DNA of 64,000 nucleotides from Kiloniellaceae bacterium (GCA_021776095.1 JAJFGO010000055.1:7551-71550), one strand, 5' to 3'; positions 30,151 through 39,666 are shown, counted from the first letter of the stretch. Numbers and translations: made by a program. Notes: generated by a model not told the origin, from the letters alone.

Positions 30151-30390
30151 ATGACCCGACCCTGGAGACGGCTCTTACAGCTCGGCGCCGCGCTTGGCTT
30201 GGCCGGCCTGTTGTCCGCCTGCCACTACTACGCCCCGGGACCCCACGTCGCCTACCGCGGCCACTACGGGTATAGTCATGGCTACGGCCATGGGTACGGC
30301 GGGCACGGTTACCGGCATTACCGTCCCTATCGCTACCGGAACCATGGCGGATATCATCGCCGGCACTACGGCTACCGGCACGGCTATTGA
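30151..30390 (+). CDS. Small lipoprotein with Gly/Tyr/His/Arg-rich mature region
   Basis: MTRPWRRLLQLGAALGLAGLLSAC lipobox, then HYYAPGPHVAYRGHYGYSHGYGHGYGGHGYRHYRPYRYRNHGGYHRRHYGYRHGY. GAGGAG lies 7 nt before the ATG. Confidence 0.6.
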   Translation: MTRPWRRLLQLGAALGLAGLLSACHYYAPGPHVAYRGHYGYSHGYGHGYGGHGYRHYRPYRYRNHGGYHRRHYGYRHGY

Positions 30391-30403
30391 CGCCGCTCGG
30401 CGT

Positions 30404-31003
30404 TCAGCCGGTTACTTGATCGAGGCTGTTGGCGATCATGGCGAAGCGGTCCGAAAGGGCGGCCAATTCGACGCGGTGCAATTCCGCCGCCGACACCACG
30501 CCGCCCTGGCCGTCCGGCAGGTCGCGGGTCGCGCAGGCCGGCGCCAAGACCGTGCAGCCATAGCCCAGATCCAAGGCCGCGCGCACGGTGGTGCTGACAC
30601 ACATATGAGTCATGAAGCCAGCGACGATCAGCGTCTTTGCGCCCGAGTCCTTCAGCAGCGCGTCCAAATTGGTGTTGGCGAAGGCGTTGGGCACGACCTT
30701 CTCGACCACGGCTTCGCCGGTTTCGGGCGCGACCGGCGCGGCGATGGCAAAATATTCGCTGTCGCCATCGAACAGGCCGCCTGCCTTGCCTTTGTGCTGC
30801 ACGTGAATGATCGGCCGGCCCGCTTTGCGCGCCGCATCCAATAGTCCGGCCCCCTGCGCCAAGGCCGCATCGACGCCAGGCAAGGCCAAGCGTCCGGTGA
30901 CGTATTCCATCTGCGCGTCGATCATGACAACAGCGGACTCCGCCAGGCGGTGCGGCGCCAGCGTGGCGCCGGAAAGCTCGAAAAGCGTCTTAGGTGTTGT
31001 CAT
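30404..31003 (-). CDS. Isochorismatase-family cysteine hydrolase
   Basis: Start at MTTPKT. VVMIDAQMEY, LIVAGFMTHMCVSTT (catalytic Cys). Confidence 0.8.
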   Translation of the reverse strand: MTTPKTLFELSGATLAPHRLAESAVVMIDAQMEYVTGRLALPGVDAALAQGAGLLDAARKAGRPIIHVQHKGKAGGLFDGDSEYFAIAAPVAPETGEAVVEKVVPNAFANTNLDALLKDSGAKTLIVAGFMTHMCVSTTVRAALDLGYGCTVLAPACATRDLPDGQGGVVSAAELHRVELAALSDRFAMIANSLDQVTG

Positions 31004-31100
31004 GTCCCGGTCCCTATTTGAGCGCGGACCGTACACCGGCCGCATCTGGAATCAGGAGCCTACAAGGGCATGGCAAGAGAGGAAAGACTAGCCTGCGCCG

Positions 31101-32924
31101 TTACTCCACCGTCACGCTTTTCGCCAGGTTGCGCGGCTGATCGACGTCGGTGCCTTTGATCACGGCTGTATGATAGGCCAGCAACTGCACCGGCAAGGAA
31201 TAGAGGATCGGCGCGACGAAGGGATGAATCTTGGGTAGCTCGATCGCGGAGACAGCGTGGCCCCCGACCTTGGCGATGCCCTCCTTGTCGGAAAAAAGGA
31301 TGACCTGCCCGCCGCGCGCCACAACTTCCTGAAGGTTCGAAGCGGTCTTTTCGAACAAGGGGCCGGAGGGCGCGCAGATGATCACCGGCACGTTCTCGTC
31401 GATCAAGGCAATGGGCCCGTGCTTCATCTCGCCGGCGGCGTAGCCTTCGGCGTGGATGTAGCTGATTTCCTTTAGCTTGAGCGCGCCTTCGAGGGCGATG
31501 GGGTACATATTGCCACGGCCCAGATAGAGCACGTCGCGTGCTTCGGCCACGAATTGCGCGATCTTGTGAATCGCCTCGTCGTGATTGAGGATCTCGGCGG
31601 CGCGCGCCGGCACCTCGGTCAGGGCGGTCGAAAGTTCGGCCTCCATCTCGCGGCTAATGGTGCCGCGCGCGCGCCCGGTGGCGAGCGCCAGGCAAGCCAG
31701 GACCGTCAACTGCGTGGTGAAGGCCTTGGTCGAGGCCACACCGATTTCCGGCCCCGCGAAGGTTTGCAAAACTATGTCGGATTCGCGGGATATGGCGCTG
31801 TCCGGCACATTGACCACGGACAGGATCTTATGCCCCTGTTCCTTGGCGTACCGCAGGGCGGCCAGGGTATCGATGGTTTCGCCCGATTGGGAAATGAAAA
31901 CCCCGATGCCGCCGTCCGGCATGGGCGCCTCGCGATAGCGGAACTCCGAGGCGATATCGAGCTCGACCGGCTGACGCGCGAGTTGCTCGAACCAGTACTT
32001 CGCGACCCAACCCGCGAGATAGGCGGTACCGCAGGCGCTGATGGTCATGCGCGAGATCTTGCCCAGGTCGAACGGCAGATCGGGCACCTCGATCGTGCGC
32101 CGCAGCGGATTGAGGTAGCTATGCAGGGTGTCGCCGATCACCGCCGGTTGCTCGAAGATCTCCTTCTGCATGAAGTGGCGGTACTGGCCCTTGCCGATCA
32201 TGGCACCGGAGACGGCGGTCTGCTTAATCTCGCGTGCAACGGTTGCGCCGCTGGCATCGTGCACGGTCGCCGCATCCTTGGTCAGCTCAACCCAGTCGCC
32301 TTCTTCCAAATAGGTGATCCGATCGGTCAGCGGCGCCAGGGCCAAGGCGTCGGAGCCCAAATACATCTCGCCGTCGCCATAGCCGACCGCCAGCGGGCTG
32401 CCGGCACGCGCGCCGATCATCAGGTCCTGCCGCCCGGCAAACACGATGGCCAGGGCGAAGGCGCCATGCAGACGCACCAGAGCCTTGGATACGGCCTCCT
32501 GCGGCATCATTTGCTGGTTCAGGTGTTCGGCCACAAGATGGACAATGACCTCGGTATCGGTTTCCGTTTCGAAGACGTGCCCCTTGTCCGTAAGCTCCGC
32601 ACGCAGCTCCTGAAAATTCTCGATGATGCCGTTGTGGACCAGCGCCACTCTCTCGTTGGCATGGGGATGGGCGTTAGCCTCCGTCGGCCGGCCATGGGTG
32701 GCCCAGCGGGTGTGTCCGATGCCGATAGTGCCCTCGACCGGATCGGTTTCGAGCAAGCTGGCCAAGTTGTTGAGTTTCCCCTCTGCGCGGCGGCGCGCGA
32801 TGCTGCCGTTTACCAGGGTCGCGATGCCCGCGGAATCGTAGCCGCGGTATTCAAGCCGGCGCAGCCCGTCGACCAGCAGAGGCGCGACCGGGGCCTTCCC
32901 GATAATTCCGATTATGCCGCACAT
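31101..32924 (-). CDS. glmS: Glutamine--fructose-6-phosphate aminotransferase
   Basis: Start at MCGIIGIIG (N-terminal nucleophile Cys). Two SIS domains. C-terminal LAKSVTVE. Confidence 0.95.
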   Translation of the reverse strand: MCGIIGIIGKAPVAPLLVDGLRRLEYRGYDSAGIATLVNGSIARRRAEGKLNNLASLLETDPVEGTIGIGHTRWATHGRPTEANAHPHANERVALVHNGIIENFQELRAELTDKGHVFETETDTEVIVHLVAEHLNQQMMPQEAVSKALVRLHGAFALAIVFAGRQDLMIGARAGSPLAVGYGDGEMYLGSDALALAPLTDRITYLEEGDWVELTKDAATVHDASGATVAREIKQTAVSGAMIGKGQYRHFMQKEIFEQPAVIGDTLHSYLNPLRRTIEVPDLPFDLGKISRMTISACGTAYLAGWVAKYWFEQLARQPVELDIASEFRYREAPMPDGGIGVFISQSGETIDTLAALRYAKEQGHKILSVVNVPDSAISRESDIVLQTFAGPEIGVASTKAFTTQLTVLACLALATGRARGTISREMEAELSTALTEVPARAAEILNHDEAIHKIAQFVAEARDVLYLGRGNMYPIALEGALKLKEISYIHAEGYAAGEMKHGPIALIDENVPVIICAPSGPLFEKTASNLQEVVARGGQVILFSDKEGIAKVGGHAVSAIELPKIHPFVAPILYSLPVQLLAYHTAVIKGTDVDQPRNLAKSVTVE

Positions 32925-32928
32925 GGTG

Positions 32929-34338
32929 TCAGGACCCTTTCTTGTCTGAAGTTTGTGCCGCGCGCTCTTGCTTCTCGGCGCGCCGGCGCTCTCGGAACCG
33001 CTCCGCGCCGCCCGGGTGGCTTTTCTTCTGGCCGCGAACCACGACCAGTTCGTCCGGTGCGACCTCGCCGCCAATCGTACTGCCCGCCCCGACGATGGCA
33101 CCGGCACCCACATTGGCCGGCGCGAGCAGTGCGGTGTTCGAGCCGATGAAGGCACCGGGCCCAACCGTGGTGCGATACTTGGCGATGCCGTCGTAGTTGC
33201 ACACGATGGTGCCGGCGCCGATATTCGCGCCCGCGCCGATTTCGGAATCGCCGAGATAGCTAAGGTGGTTCGCCTTGGCGCCGGCTCCGAGAACGGAATT
33301 CTTGATCTCGACAAAGTTGCCGATCCGCACGTTCTCGCCGATCACGGTGCCCGGACGCGTGCGGGCGTAGGGCCCAACGATGGCACCGCGCCCAATATGC
33401 GTCTCTTCAAAATAACAAAAGGCGCGGATATGAACCTCGTCGTCGACGGTCACCCCGGGGCCGAAGACCACGTTCGGCTCGACGGTCACGTCGCGGCCAA
33501 TTTTCGTATCCCAGGAGAACCAAACCGTACCGGGATCGACCAGGCTAGCCCCGCCTTCGAGCGCATGGGCCCGCAGGCGGGCCTGGATCGCCGCCTCGGC
33601 GCGCGCCAGCCCGGCCCGCGAATCCGCACCCATGACCTCGTCCGGGTCGGCTTCGGCGCTGCGCGCCACTAAGCCGGCCTGGTGGGCCAAGGCGAAGACG
33701 TCCGTCAGGTAGTATTCGCCCTTGGCGTTGGCGTTGCTCAAGCCGTCGACCAGGCCCATGAGACTGGGCCCGTCGCCGAGCAAGATACCGGCGTTGCACA
33801 GGCCGATGCGCCGCTCGTCCTCGCCGGCGTCGGCGAATTCGACGATGCGCCGCACCTGCCCGCCGGCGTCGGTGACCACCCGGCCGTAGCGCGCCGGATC
33901 GGCCGGCCGGAAGGCCATACCCAACAGGGCTGGGGAGTCCGGCCCGCGCCGCTCGGCGCACAGGGCGCTTAGAGTCTCGGGGCGCAGCAGTGGCGTGTCG
34001 CCGAACACGATCAGCACGTCGCCGGACCCATCCGCGCCGTGATAGCCGCCTAGCGCAGGCTTGGCGCAGGCCACGGCGTGGCCGGTACCCAGGCGCTCTT
34101 CCTGCACCACGACCCGGTACGGCACATCGGCCTCTGTGGCGACCGCCTCGACCGCCGGCTCCATCCCCGGCCCGGCCACGATCACGACCCGCTCCGGCGC
34201 CAGATGCCCGACCGCGCCCAGCACGTGGCCCAGCATGCTGCGCCCGGCAACCGGGTGCAGGACCTTGGGGCGGCTCGATTTCATTCGAGTCCCAAGTCCG
34301 GCTGCTAGCACGACAACGGCAAGTTTACGATCTGACAT
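32929..34338 (-). CDS. glmU: Bifunctional UDP-N-acetylglucosamine pyrophosphorylase / GlcN-1-P acetyltransferase
   Basis: Start at MSDRKLAVVVLAAGLGTRM. C-terminal hexapeptide-repeat LbH domain. Confidence 0.95.
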   Translation of the reverse strand: MSDRKLAVVVLAAGLGTRMKSSRPKVLHPVAGRSMLGHVLGAVGHLAPERVVIVAGPGMEPAVEAVATEADVPYRVVVQEERLGTGHAVACAKPALGGYHGADGSGDVLIVFGDTPLLRPETLSALCAERRGPDSPALLGMAFRPADPARYGRVVTDAGGQVRRIVEFADAGEDERRIGLCNAGILLGDGPSLMGLVDGLSNANAKGEYYLTDVFALAHQAGLVARSAEADPDEVMGADSRAGLARAEAAIQARLRAHALEGGASLVDPGTVWFSWDTKIGRDVTVEPNVVFGPGVTVDDEVHIRAFCYFEETHIGRGAIVGPYARTRPGTVIGENVRIGNFVEIKNSVLGAGAKANHLSYLGDSEIGAGANIGAGTIVCNYDGIAKYRTTVGPGAFIGSNTALLAPANVGAGAIVGAGSTIGGEVAPDELVVVRGQKKSHPGGAERFRERRRAEKQERAAQTSDKKGS

Positions 34339-34506
34339 GGATGCTCGAGCGGAGGCTCTTGTGGTCGCTGATCGGGACTGGCAATAAGGCCCGGGAAAAC
34401 CGGCTGGAACTTGCCATACGCGCCGGTGAGCCCGCAAATCACCATTTATTAACTCAGATTACATCATGCCCGTTATTTTTAGCTTAACCCTGTGCCCCGG
34501 CCTCCC

Positions 34507-35196
34507 ATGGCCCTGAGCCCCGTGGCGCAGGCCCCGGTCCTGCTCTGCGACCTGGACGGCACCTTGGTGGACAGCTTGCCGGACCTGGCCGATGCCCTGT
34601 CCGACTTGCTGACCCGGAATGGCCGGCGTGCCGTCTCCGAGGCCGAGGTCCGGGTGATGGTCGGGGACGGCGTCGCGGTTTTGGTCCAGCGCGGTTTCGC
34701 CGCCACGGGCGAGGTGCCGGCGCCGGAGGACTTGGCGGCCCGGATCGCCGACTATATCGCCGTCTACGAAACCCGCATGACGGCACGGACCCAGCCCTAT
34801 CCGGGCGTGCTGGAGGCCTTGGGCGCCGTGCGCGCCGCTGGGTGGCGCTTGGGGGTGTGCACCAACAAGCCGGAGCACGCCAGCCAGGCCATCGTCAACG
34901 CCCTGGGCATGGGCGATCTGATCGAGGCCGTCGCCGGCGGTGATACCTTCGCGGTGAAAAAGCCCGATCCGGGGCACATCCTGCGGCTGCTTGAAGCCAT
35001 GGGCGCGCGCCCGTCGCGGGCGGTCATGTTGGGCGACAGCGGCAACGATGTCCGCGCGGCGCGCGCCGCCGGCCTGCCGTCGATCGCGGTCAGCCACGGT
35101 TACGGCGCGATCCCGGCCCAGGACCTGGGCGCCGACCGGGTGATCGACCACTTCGACGAGCTGCCGGATGCCCTGGCGGCCCTGGTCGGGGTTTAG
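34507..35196 (+). CDS. gph: Phosphoglycolate phosphatase (HAD superfamily)
   Basis: Start at MALSP. LLCDLDGTLVDS, CTNKP, GDSGNDVRAARAAG. Confidence 0.8.
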   Translation: MALSPVAQAPVLLCDLDGTLVDSLPDLADALSDLLTRNGRRAVSEAEVRVMVGDGVAVLVQRGFAATGEVPAPEDLAARIADYIAVYETRMTARTQPYPGVLEALGAVRAAGWRLGVCTNKPEHASQAIVNALGMGDLIEAVAGGDTFAVKKPDPGHILRLLEAMGARPSRAVMLGDSGNDVRAARAAGLPSIAVSHGYGAIPAQDLGADRVIDHFDELPDALAALVGV

Positions 35197-35294
35197 GAGG
35201 CAATAGGTCGGGCCCCGCTCCACCGCCGGTCCTTGACACCGCTTGGCGCCCTGCCCTACATCAAGGCGCTTCGATATCAGCCCCTCAACGGGCC

Positions 35295-35369
35295 GGGCGC
35301 GTAGCTCAGCGGGAGAGCACTGTCTTCACACGGCAGGGGTCGCTGGTTCAATCCCAGCCGCGCCCACCA
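35295..35369 (+). tRNA. tRNA-Val (anticodon CAC), CCA encoded
   Basis: Hand-folded cloverleaf: GGGCGCG-TA-GCTC-AGCGGGA-GAGC-A-CTGTC-TTCACAC-GGCAG-GGGTC-GCTGG-TTCAATC-CCAGC-CGCGCCC-A-CCA. Confidence 0.9.
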
Positions 35370-35378
35370 TCGCCTGTT

Positions 35379-36656
35379 TTAGCCAGCTTCGCCGCCGTCC
35401 GGCATTGGGTGACGCAGGTAGGCCGCCTCGCGGTCGCCGTCGTCGTGGTCGCGGATGAAGCGCTTGATGCGCGGCGCGATCTGTTCGCGCCACTTGCGGC
35501 CGTTGAAGACGCCGTAGTGACCGGCGCCCGATTGCAGGTAATACAGCTTTTTGTCGTCCGGCAGGTTGGGCGTGATTTCCAGGGCCGCCTTGGTCTGGCC
35601 GATTCCGGAGATGTCGTCGAGTTCGCCCTCCACGCACATGAGCGCGGTTTGCGCGATCCTGTCGGGCAGCACCGGATGCCAGCGCGCGATCATCTTGCCG
35701 TCGGGCAACTCGTGTTCCTGGAACACGGTCTTGACGGTCTGCAGGTAGAACTCCGCCGGCAAGTCCATGACCGAACGGTATTCCTCATAGAAGTCCCGCT
35801 TCTTTTCGGCGGCTTCGTCATCGCCTTGCACGAGGTGATCGAACAACTCGCCATAGGACTGAATATGCTGGTCCAGGTTCATGGAGATGAAATTGGTGAG
35901 CTGAATAAAGCCCGGATAGACCTTGCGGAACATGCCCGGATAGGGCGGCGGCACGTCGACGACGACGTTGCGCTCGAACCACTCCAGCGGTTGCTCCTTG
36001 GCCAGCTGGTTGACCTGGGTCGGCGATTTGCGCGTGTCGATCGGGCCACCGATCATGGTCAGCGAGGCCGGCACGCAGTTATCGCCCCAGCCCGACATGA
36101 CCGAGACGGCGGCGAGCGCGGGCACCGACGGCTGGCACACCGCCAGCACATGGGTGTTCGGCCCCAGCATGTGCAGAAAGTCGATCAGGTAGTCGATGTA
36201 GTCGTTGAGGTTGAAGCGGTCCTGGTTGACTGGAATCATCCGGCAATCCTGCCAGTCGGTCACATAGACCTCGTGATCGGGCAACATGGTCTCGACCGTG
36301 CCGCGTAGCAGGGTCGCGAAATGGCCCGACAAGGGCGCGACCACCAGCAGCTTGGGGTCCTTGGTTTCGGCCGCCCGCTTGAAGTGCAACAGGTGGCAGT
36401 AGGTCCGTCTGATGAGGACCTCCTCTTCGACCGCGACCGGCCGGCCATCGATCTGAGTTTCGTCCAGGCCCCAATTCGGCTTGCCGTAGGCGCGCGTCAA
36501 GTGTTCGAAAATCTCCGCCGCGGAGGCCATGGAGCGGCCCATGGGCGTCATGGACATGGGGTTCATGGGGTTGTCGAGCAGGACGCGCAGGCCCTCGGAC
36601 ATGGCCCGCGCCGGGGTCATGGAAAGCCGCGCGAATTCGTGCATGTAATAGAGCAT
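35379..36656 (-). CDS. phaZ: Intracellular polyhydroxyalkanoate depolymerase
   Basis: 425 aa. MLYYMHEF...MTP...NWGL N-terminus and overall pattern typical of the PhaZ (PHB_depoly_PhaZ) family. Confidence 0.85.
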   Translation of the reverse strand: MLYYMHEFARLSMTPARAMSEGLRVLLDNPMNPMSMTPMGRSMASAAEIFEHLTRAYGKPNWGLDETQIDGRPVAVEEEVLIRRTYCHLLHFKRAAETKDPKLLVVAPLSGHFATLLRGTVETMLPDHEVYVTDWQDCRMIPVNQDRFNLNDYIDYLIDFLHMLGPNTHVLAVCQPSVPALAAVSVMSGWGDNCVPASLTMIGGPIDTRKSPTQVNQLAKEQPLEWFERNVVVDVPPPYPGMFRKVYPGFIQLTNFISMNLDQHIQSYGELFDHLVQGDDEAAEKKRDFYEEYRSVMDLPAEFYLQTVKTVFQEHELPDGKMIARWHPVLPDRIAQTALMCVEGELDDISGIGQTKAALEITPNLPDDKKLYYLQSGAGHYGVFNGRKWREQIAPRIKRFIRDHDDGDREAAYLRHPMPDGGEAG

Positions 36657-36816
36657 CTTGGCACCTGTGCGACCGGCGGTTCTCGCCGGCCCAAAGGCGC
36701 GGGGGCAAGGCGGACGGCCGGATAGGGCAGCTTAGCCGCGCAACTCTTTAAGCAAGCATAAGCTCAACCGGCACCCGGGAAGCGGCTTTGATTGGCGGCA
36801 CCGAAGGGCGCGCCGC

Positions 36817-37980
36817 TTAGCCTAGGGGCTCCAAACGCAGAAGCGCGCCGTCCGGCGAATCCGTCAGCAGGTAGATAAGGCCGTCGGGGCCTTGGCGAAC
36901 GTCGCGAATGCGCTCGTCGAGGCTGTGCAGCAGCCGTTCCTCGTACACCACCCGCGTGCCCTCGACCTCCAAACGCACCAGCGCCTGTCCGGACAAGGCC
37001 CCGATAAAGAGATTATTGCGCCAGCGCGGAAACGCATCGCCGTCGTAAAACGCCATGCCCGAGGGCGAGATGGAGGGGACCCAAAAGGCGACCGGTTGCG
37101 CCATGCCCGGCTTGGCCTTGCCCTCGCCGATGGAGAAGCCGGAATAGGCCCGGCCATGGGTGATGATCGGCCAACCGTAGTTGACGCCCGGCTCTATCCG
37201 GTTGAGCTCGTCGCCGCCGCGCGGGCCATGCTCGACCGCCCAAATTTCGCCGGTCGCGGGATGCCGGGTCAGGCCCTGCGGATTGCGATGGCCATAACTG
37301 TAGATCCACGGATTCACGCCGGCTTGGCCAACAAAGGGATTATCCGGCGGCACGCTTCCGTCGGGCGCGATGCGCAGGATGGAACCGGCCATGTCGGTGA
37401 GATCTTGGGCGCGGTCCGGGCTGCCGCGCTCGCCCGCCGTGACGTAAAGCATGCCGTCCGCGCCGAAGGCCAGGCGCGAGCCGAAATGGCGCCCGCCCCC
37501 GGATTTCCGCGCGACCGCCAGAATTCGGCTCAATCCCTCCAGGCCCCCGTCGCCCAAGCGGGCGCGGGCCACCTCGGTTCCACTGCCGCCGTCACCGGGG
37601 CCGGCGTAGGAGAGATAGATCAGGCGATTGCGGGCGAAATCGGGGTCCGGAAGCACGTCCAGCAGACCACCCTGGCCGCGCGCGGCGACCCTGGGCGTGC
37701 CCGCGACCGGCGCCGGGTCCAGAACGCCGTCGCGCACCACGCGCAAGCGGCCGGGGCGCTCGGTCACCAATATCGCACCGTCCGGCAGGAAGGCCATGGA
37801 CCAGGGATGCTCCAAGCCTTCGGCCAAGGTGACCAGGCGAAAGCCATGGCGTTCGCTTTCCATAACCTGGGCACCCGCGGTGCCGCCATGGAGCGCAAAT
37901 GCGGCCCACAGGCCGGCAGCCAGGCCGAGCACTCGAACACGGGACGACAGGCCGGGTCTCCGCATCCAGTTACCTCCCAA
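36817..37980 (-). CDS. PQQ-dependent soluble sugar (aldose/sorbosone) dehydrogenase
   Basis: Signal peptide, then HPWSMAFLPDG, HFGSRLAFG..LYVT, GHRNPQGL, EHGPRGGDELN beta-propeller motifs. Confidence 0.85.
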   Translation of the reverse strand: MGGNWMRRPGLSSRVRVLGLAAGLWAAFALHGGTAGAQVMESERHGFRLVTLAEGLEHPWSMAFLPDGAILVTERPGRLRVVRDGVLDPAPVAGTPRVAARGQGGLLDVLPDPDFARNRLIYLSYAGPGDGGSGTEVARARLGDGGLEGLSRILAVARKSGGGRHFGSRLAFGADGMLYVTAGERGSPDRAQDLTDMAGSILRIAPDGSVPPDNPFVGQAGVNPWIYSYGHRNPQGLTRHPATGEIWAVEHGPRGGDELNRIEPGVNYGWPIITHGRAYSGFSIGEGKAKPGMAQPVAFWVPSISPSGMAFYDGDAFPRWRNNLFIGALSGQALVRLEVEGTRVVYEERLLHSLDERIRDVRQGPDGLIYLLTDSPDGALLRLEPLG

Positions 37981-38070
37981 ACGGTCGCTGCAATCTCATA
38001 ACATGGGGTGCGCGCGCGGCGTTTTCCAAGGCCGGGCGGCGCCGGATCCCCGGTAAGGGCGGCGAGACCC

Positions 38071-38823
38071 CTATTTCGTGGTCAGGATGATCCTTTGGGC
38101 GCCGTCGTCAATGGTCAGGCGAAAGTGGTCGAGAAAGCTCATGCCCAGTAGGGCCCTCCGGCCCAGATGCTCGTCGGCGATAAAGGTCACCGGCACATCC
38201 TTAACTTCGGCATGACCGACCCGGACGGCGGCGAGCCGCCCCATGCGGGCCGGAACCTTACCGCCCGCAGTCTCGACCGTGCCCAGGGTCAAGTCGCTGT
38301 CGCGCAAGCCCAAGGACGAGATCGCCGAAACCGGCAGGACCACCGTGCTGGCCCCGGTATCGACGATCAGGCGGCGGCTGGCCCACAGCCCGGTGGGCCC
38401 GACGAGCACTGCATCGACCAGGTGATGGCCCCCCTGGCGGACGGTTGAAACGCTGGCCTCATTGAGCTCGGGCGGGCCGGCACGGCTGCGGCCCATGACC
38501 CGCAGTCCCGAGACCCGGCCCGCCGCATCGTGGAACAGGACGAAATTGTAGCCGAGCAAGAGAGCCTGCAGCCGCTGCTCGATGGGGCCGCTTTCGGCGC
38601 TGGATCGGGGCGCGCCAGGGCCGATCAGATCCAGGCCGGTCACCTTGATGCCCTCCGCTTGGGTCAGGGCCCGGAGCCGGTCGCGCAGCCCGTCGGCACC
38701 GCCCTGGGGCGTGTTCTGGGCGACGCCGGACGCCGCCGGGCCCACGGCTAAGATCAAAGCCAGGGCTAGTGCCAAGACGAGCCGAGTCGCTAGGTCCGGG
38801 GCCTGAGAATGCCGCTTTTCCAT
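38071..38823 (-). CDS. Retropepsin-like (clan AA) aspartic protease with signal/anchor
   Basis: Start at MEKRHS. LIVDTGASTVVL active-site motif, C-terminal LLGMSFL. Confidence 0.75.
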   Translation of the reverse strand: MEKRHSQAPDLATRLVLALALALILAVGPAASGVAQNTPQGGADGLRDRLRALTQAEGIKVTGLDLIGPGAPRSSAESGPIEQRLQALLLGYNFVLFHDAAGRVSGLRVMGRSRAGPPELNEASVSTVRQGGHHLVDAVLVGPTGLWASRRLIVDTGASTVVLPVSAISSLGLRDSDLTLGTVETAGGKVPARMGRLAAVRVGHAEVKDVPVTFIADEHLGRRALLGMSFLDHFRLTIDDGAQRIILTTK

Positions 38824-38858
38824 GGCACCCAGCCTACTGCGGAACGATGTAGGAAACA

Positions 38859-39126
38859 CTAGAGCATGTTCCGATCATATCGCACCATTTGATGGCGCCA
38901 AATCAGGTCACTCGGCTAGGCACGGAACGCCGCGCGATGTGGGGCATCGGGCAAGTTTCGTAACGACGCCGATGGGCTGATTTGGCCCACCGGAGGCCGG
39001 TTTTTCGCGCCCGCTGGACGTCGTTGCGGCCCACTTGCGGTCACCCGGACCGCAGCGTGGCCCGCGCCTAGCCAGCAGACGCGAAAAACCGGTCAAATGA
39101 CGCAATATGGTCGGAATATGCTCTAG
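38859..39126. mobile_element. 268-bp MITE-like element with ~25-bp terminal inverted repeats and nested internal inverted repeats
   Basis: Left ctagagcatgttccgatcatatcgc. The right end reverse-complements to ctagagcatattccgaccatattgc (22/25). Internal pairs: gccaaatcag/ctgatttggc and ccggtttttcgcgc/gcgcgaaaaaccgg. No credible coding capacity. Confidence 0.55.
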
Positions 39127-39343
39127 CCCGGCTGGGGCACGGCCCGGTGTGCCTGGGCGCGGAGCGCGCCCGCTGGCTGCCCTCCTAAGGGACCAGCGGC
39201 GGGCGAAAAAAAGGCGCCCCGCCGAGGCGGGGCGCACTAGGGTCGGGCGGGGAGTATCAGGGACGCGTAAAACGCGATCCCCTAATCGACCGAACGCGAG
39301 CTGGGGTTGAATGCCACGCCGGCCAATCCTTCTAGAAATCGGT

Positions 39344-39451
39344 TCAAAAGAACTGGTTCAAGGTTAGTCCCGAAGTCTGGATCAAGATGACCCAGATTAA
39401 AAATACAACCAATACCAACGCCAAGCTGGCGGTCAGGAGCTGATCTATCAT
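39344..39451 (-). CDS. Possible 35-aa hydrophobic peptide
   Basis: Hand-translated: MIDQLLTASLALVLVVFLIWVILIQTSGLTLNQFF*, with GAGAG 9 nt upstream. Below the ORF-track size cutoff. Speculative. Confidence 0.3.
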   Translation of the reverse strand: MIDQLLTASLALVLVVFLIWVILIQTSGLTLNQFF

Positions 39452-39507
39452 GGTGACGCGCTCTCAATGTTCCCCCGGGCCCTCTATCCAAAGTCGATCT
39501 GAGGGCC

Positions 39508-39666
39508 TCATACACCTTCGGTTCGCCTCTCTTCGTCGCGTGCGATAACCCTGACCTGCCGTTCCCGCCATTCCCGCAATGCCTGTTTCAAGGCGATGGC
39601 GCTTGGATAAGCGATCAAGATAATCATCGATACGACGATGGTGGCCTCCAGCGTTTGTCCTATCAT
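39508..39666 (-). CDS. Possible 52-aa single-TM peptide
   Basis: Hand-translated: MIGQTLEATIVVSMIILIAYPSAIALKQALREWRERQVRVIARDEERRTEGV*, with AAGAGGTGA 6 nt upstream. It competes with a 77-aa track ORF in another frame. Confidence 0.35.
   Translation of the reverse strand: MIGQTLEATIVVSMIILIAYPSAIALKQALREWRERQVRVIARDEERRTEGV

Noticed and set aside
31101-33314. Long N-terminal extensions in the ORF track for glmS, and similarly for glmU, gor, cysI, cimA and the cytochrome c.
   Set aside because: The conserved enzyme N-termini (MCGIIG, MSDRKLAVVVLAAG, MICEIDYDLFVIGGG, etc.) start at internal Met codons. The upstream parts are GC-driven open frame overlapping neighbouring genes.
38908-39237. 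109-aa minus-strand ORF inside the MITE-like element.
   Set aside because: Arg/Pro/Gly-rich shadow composition. It spans inverted-repeat DNA and has no ribosome-binding site.
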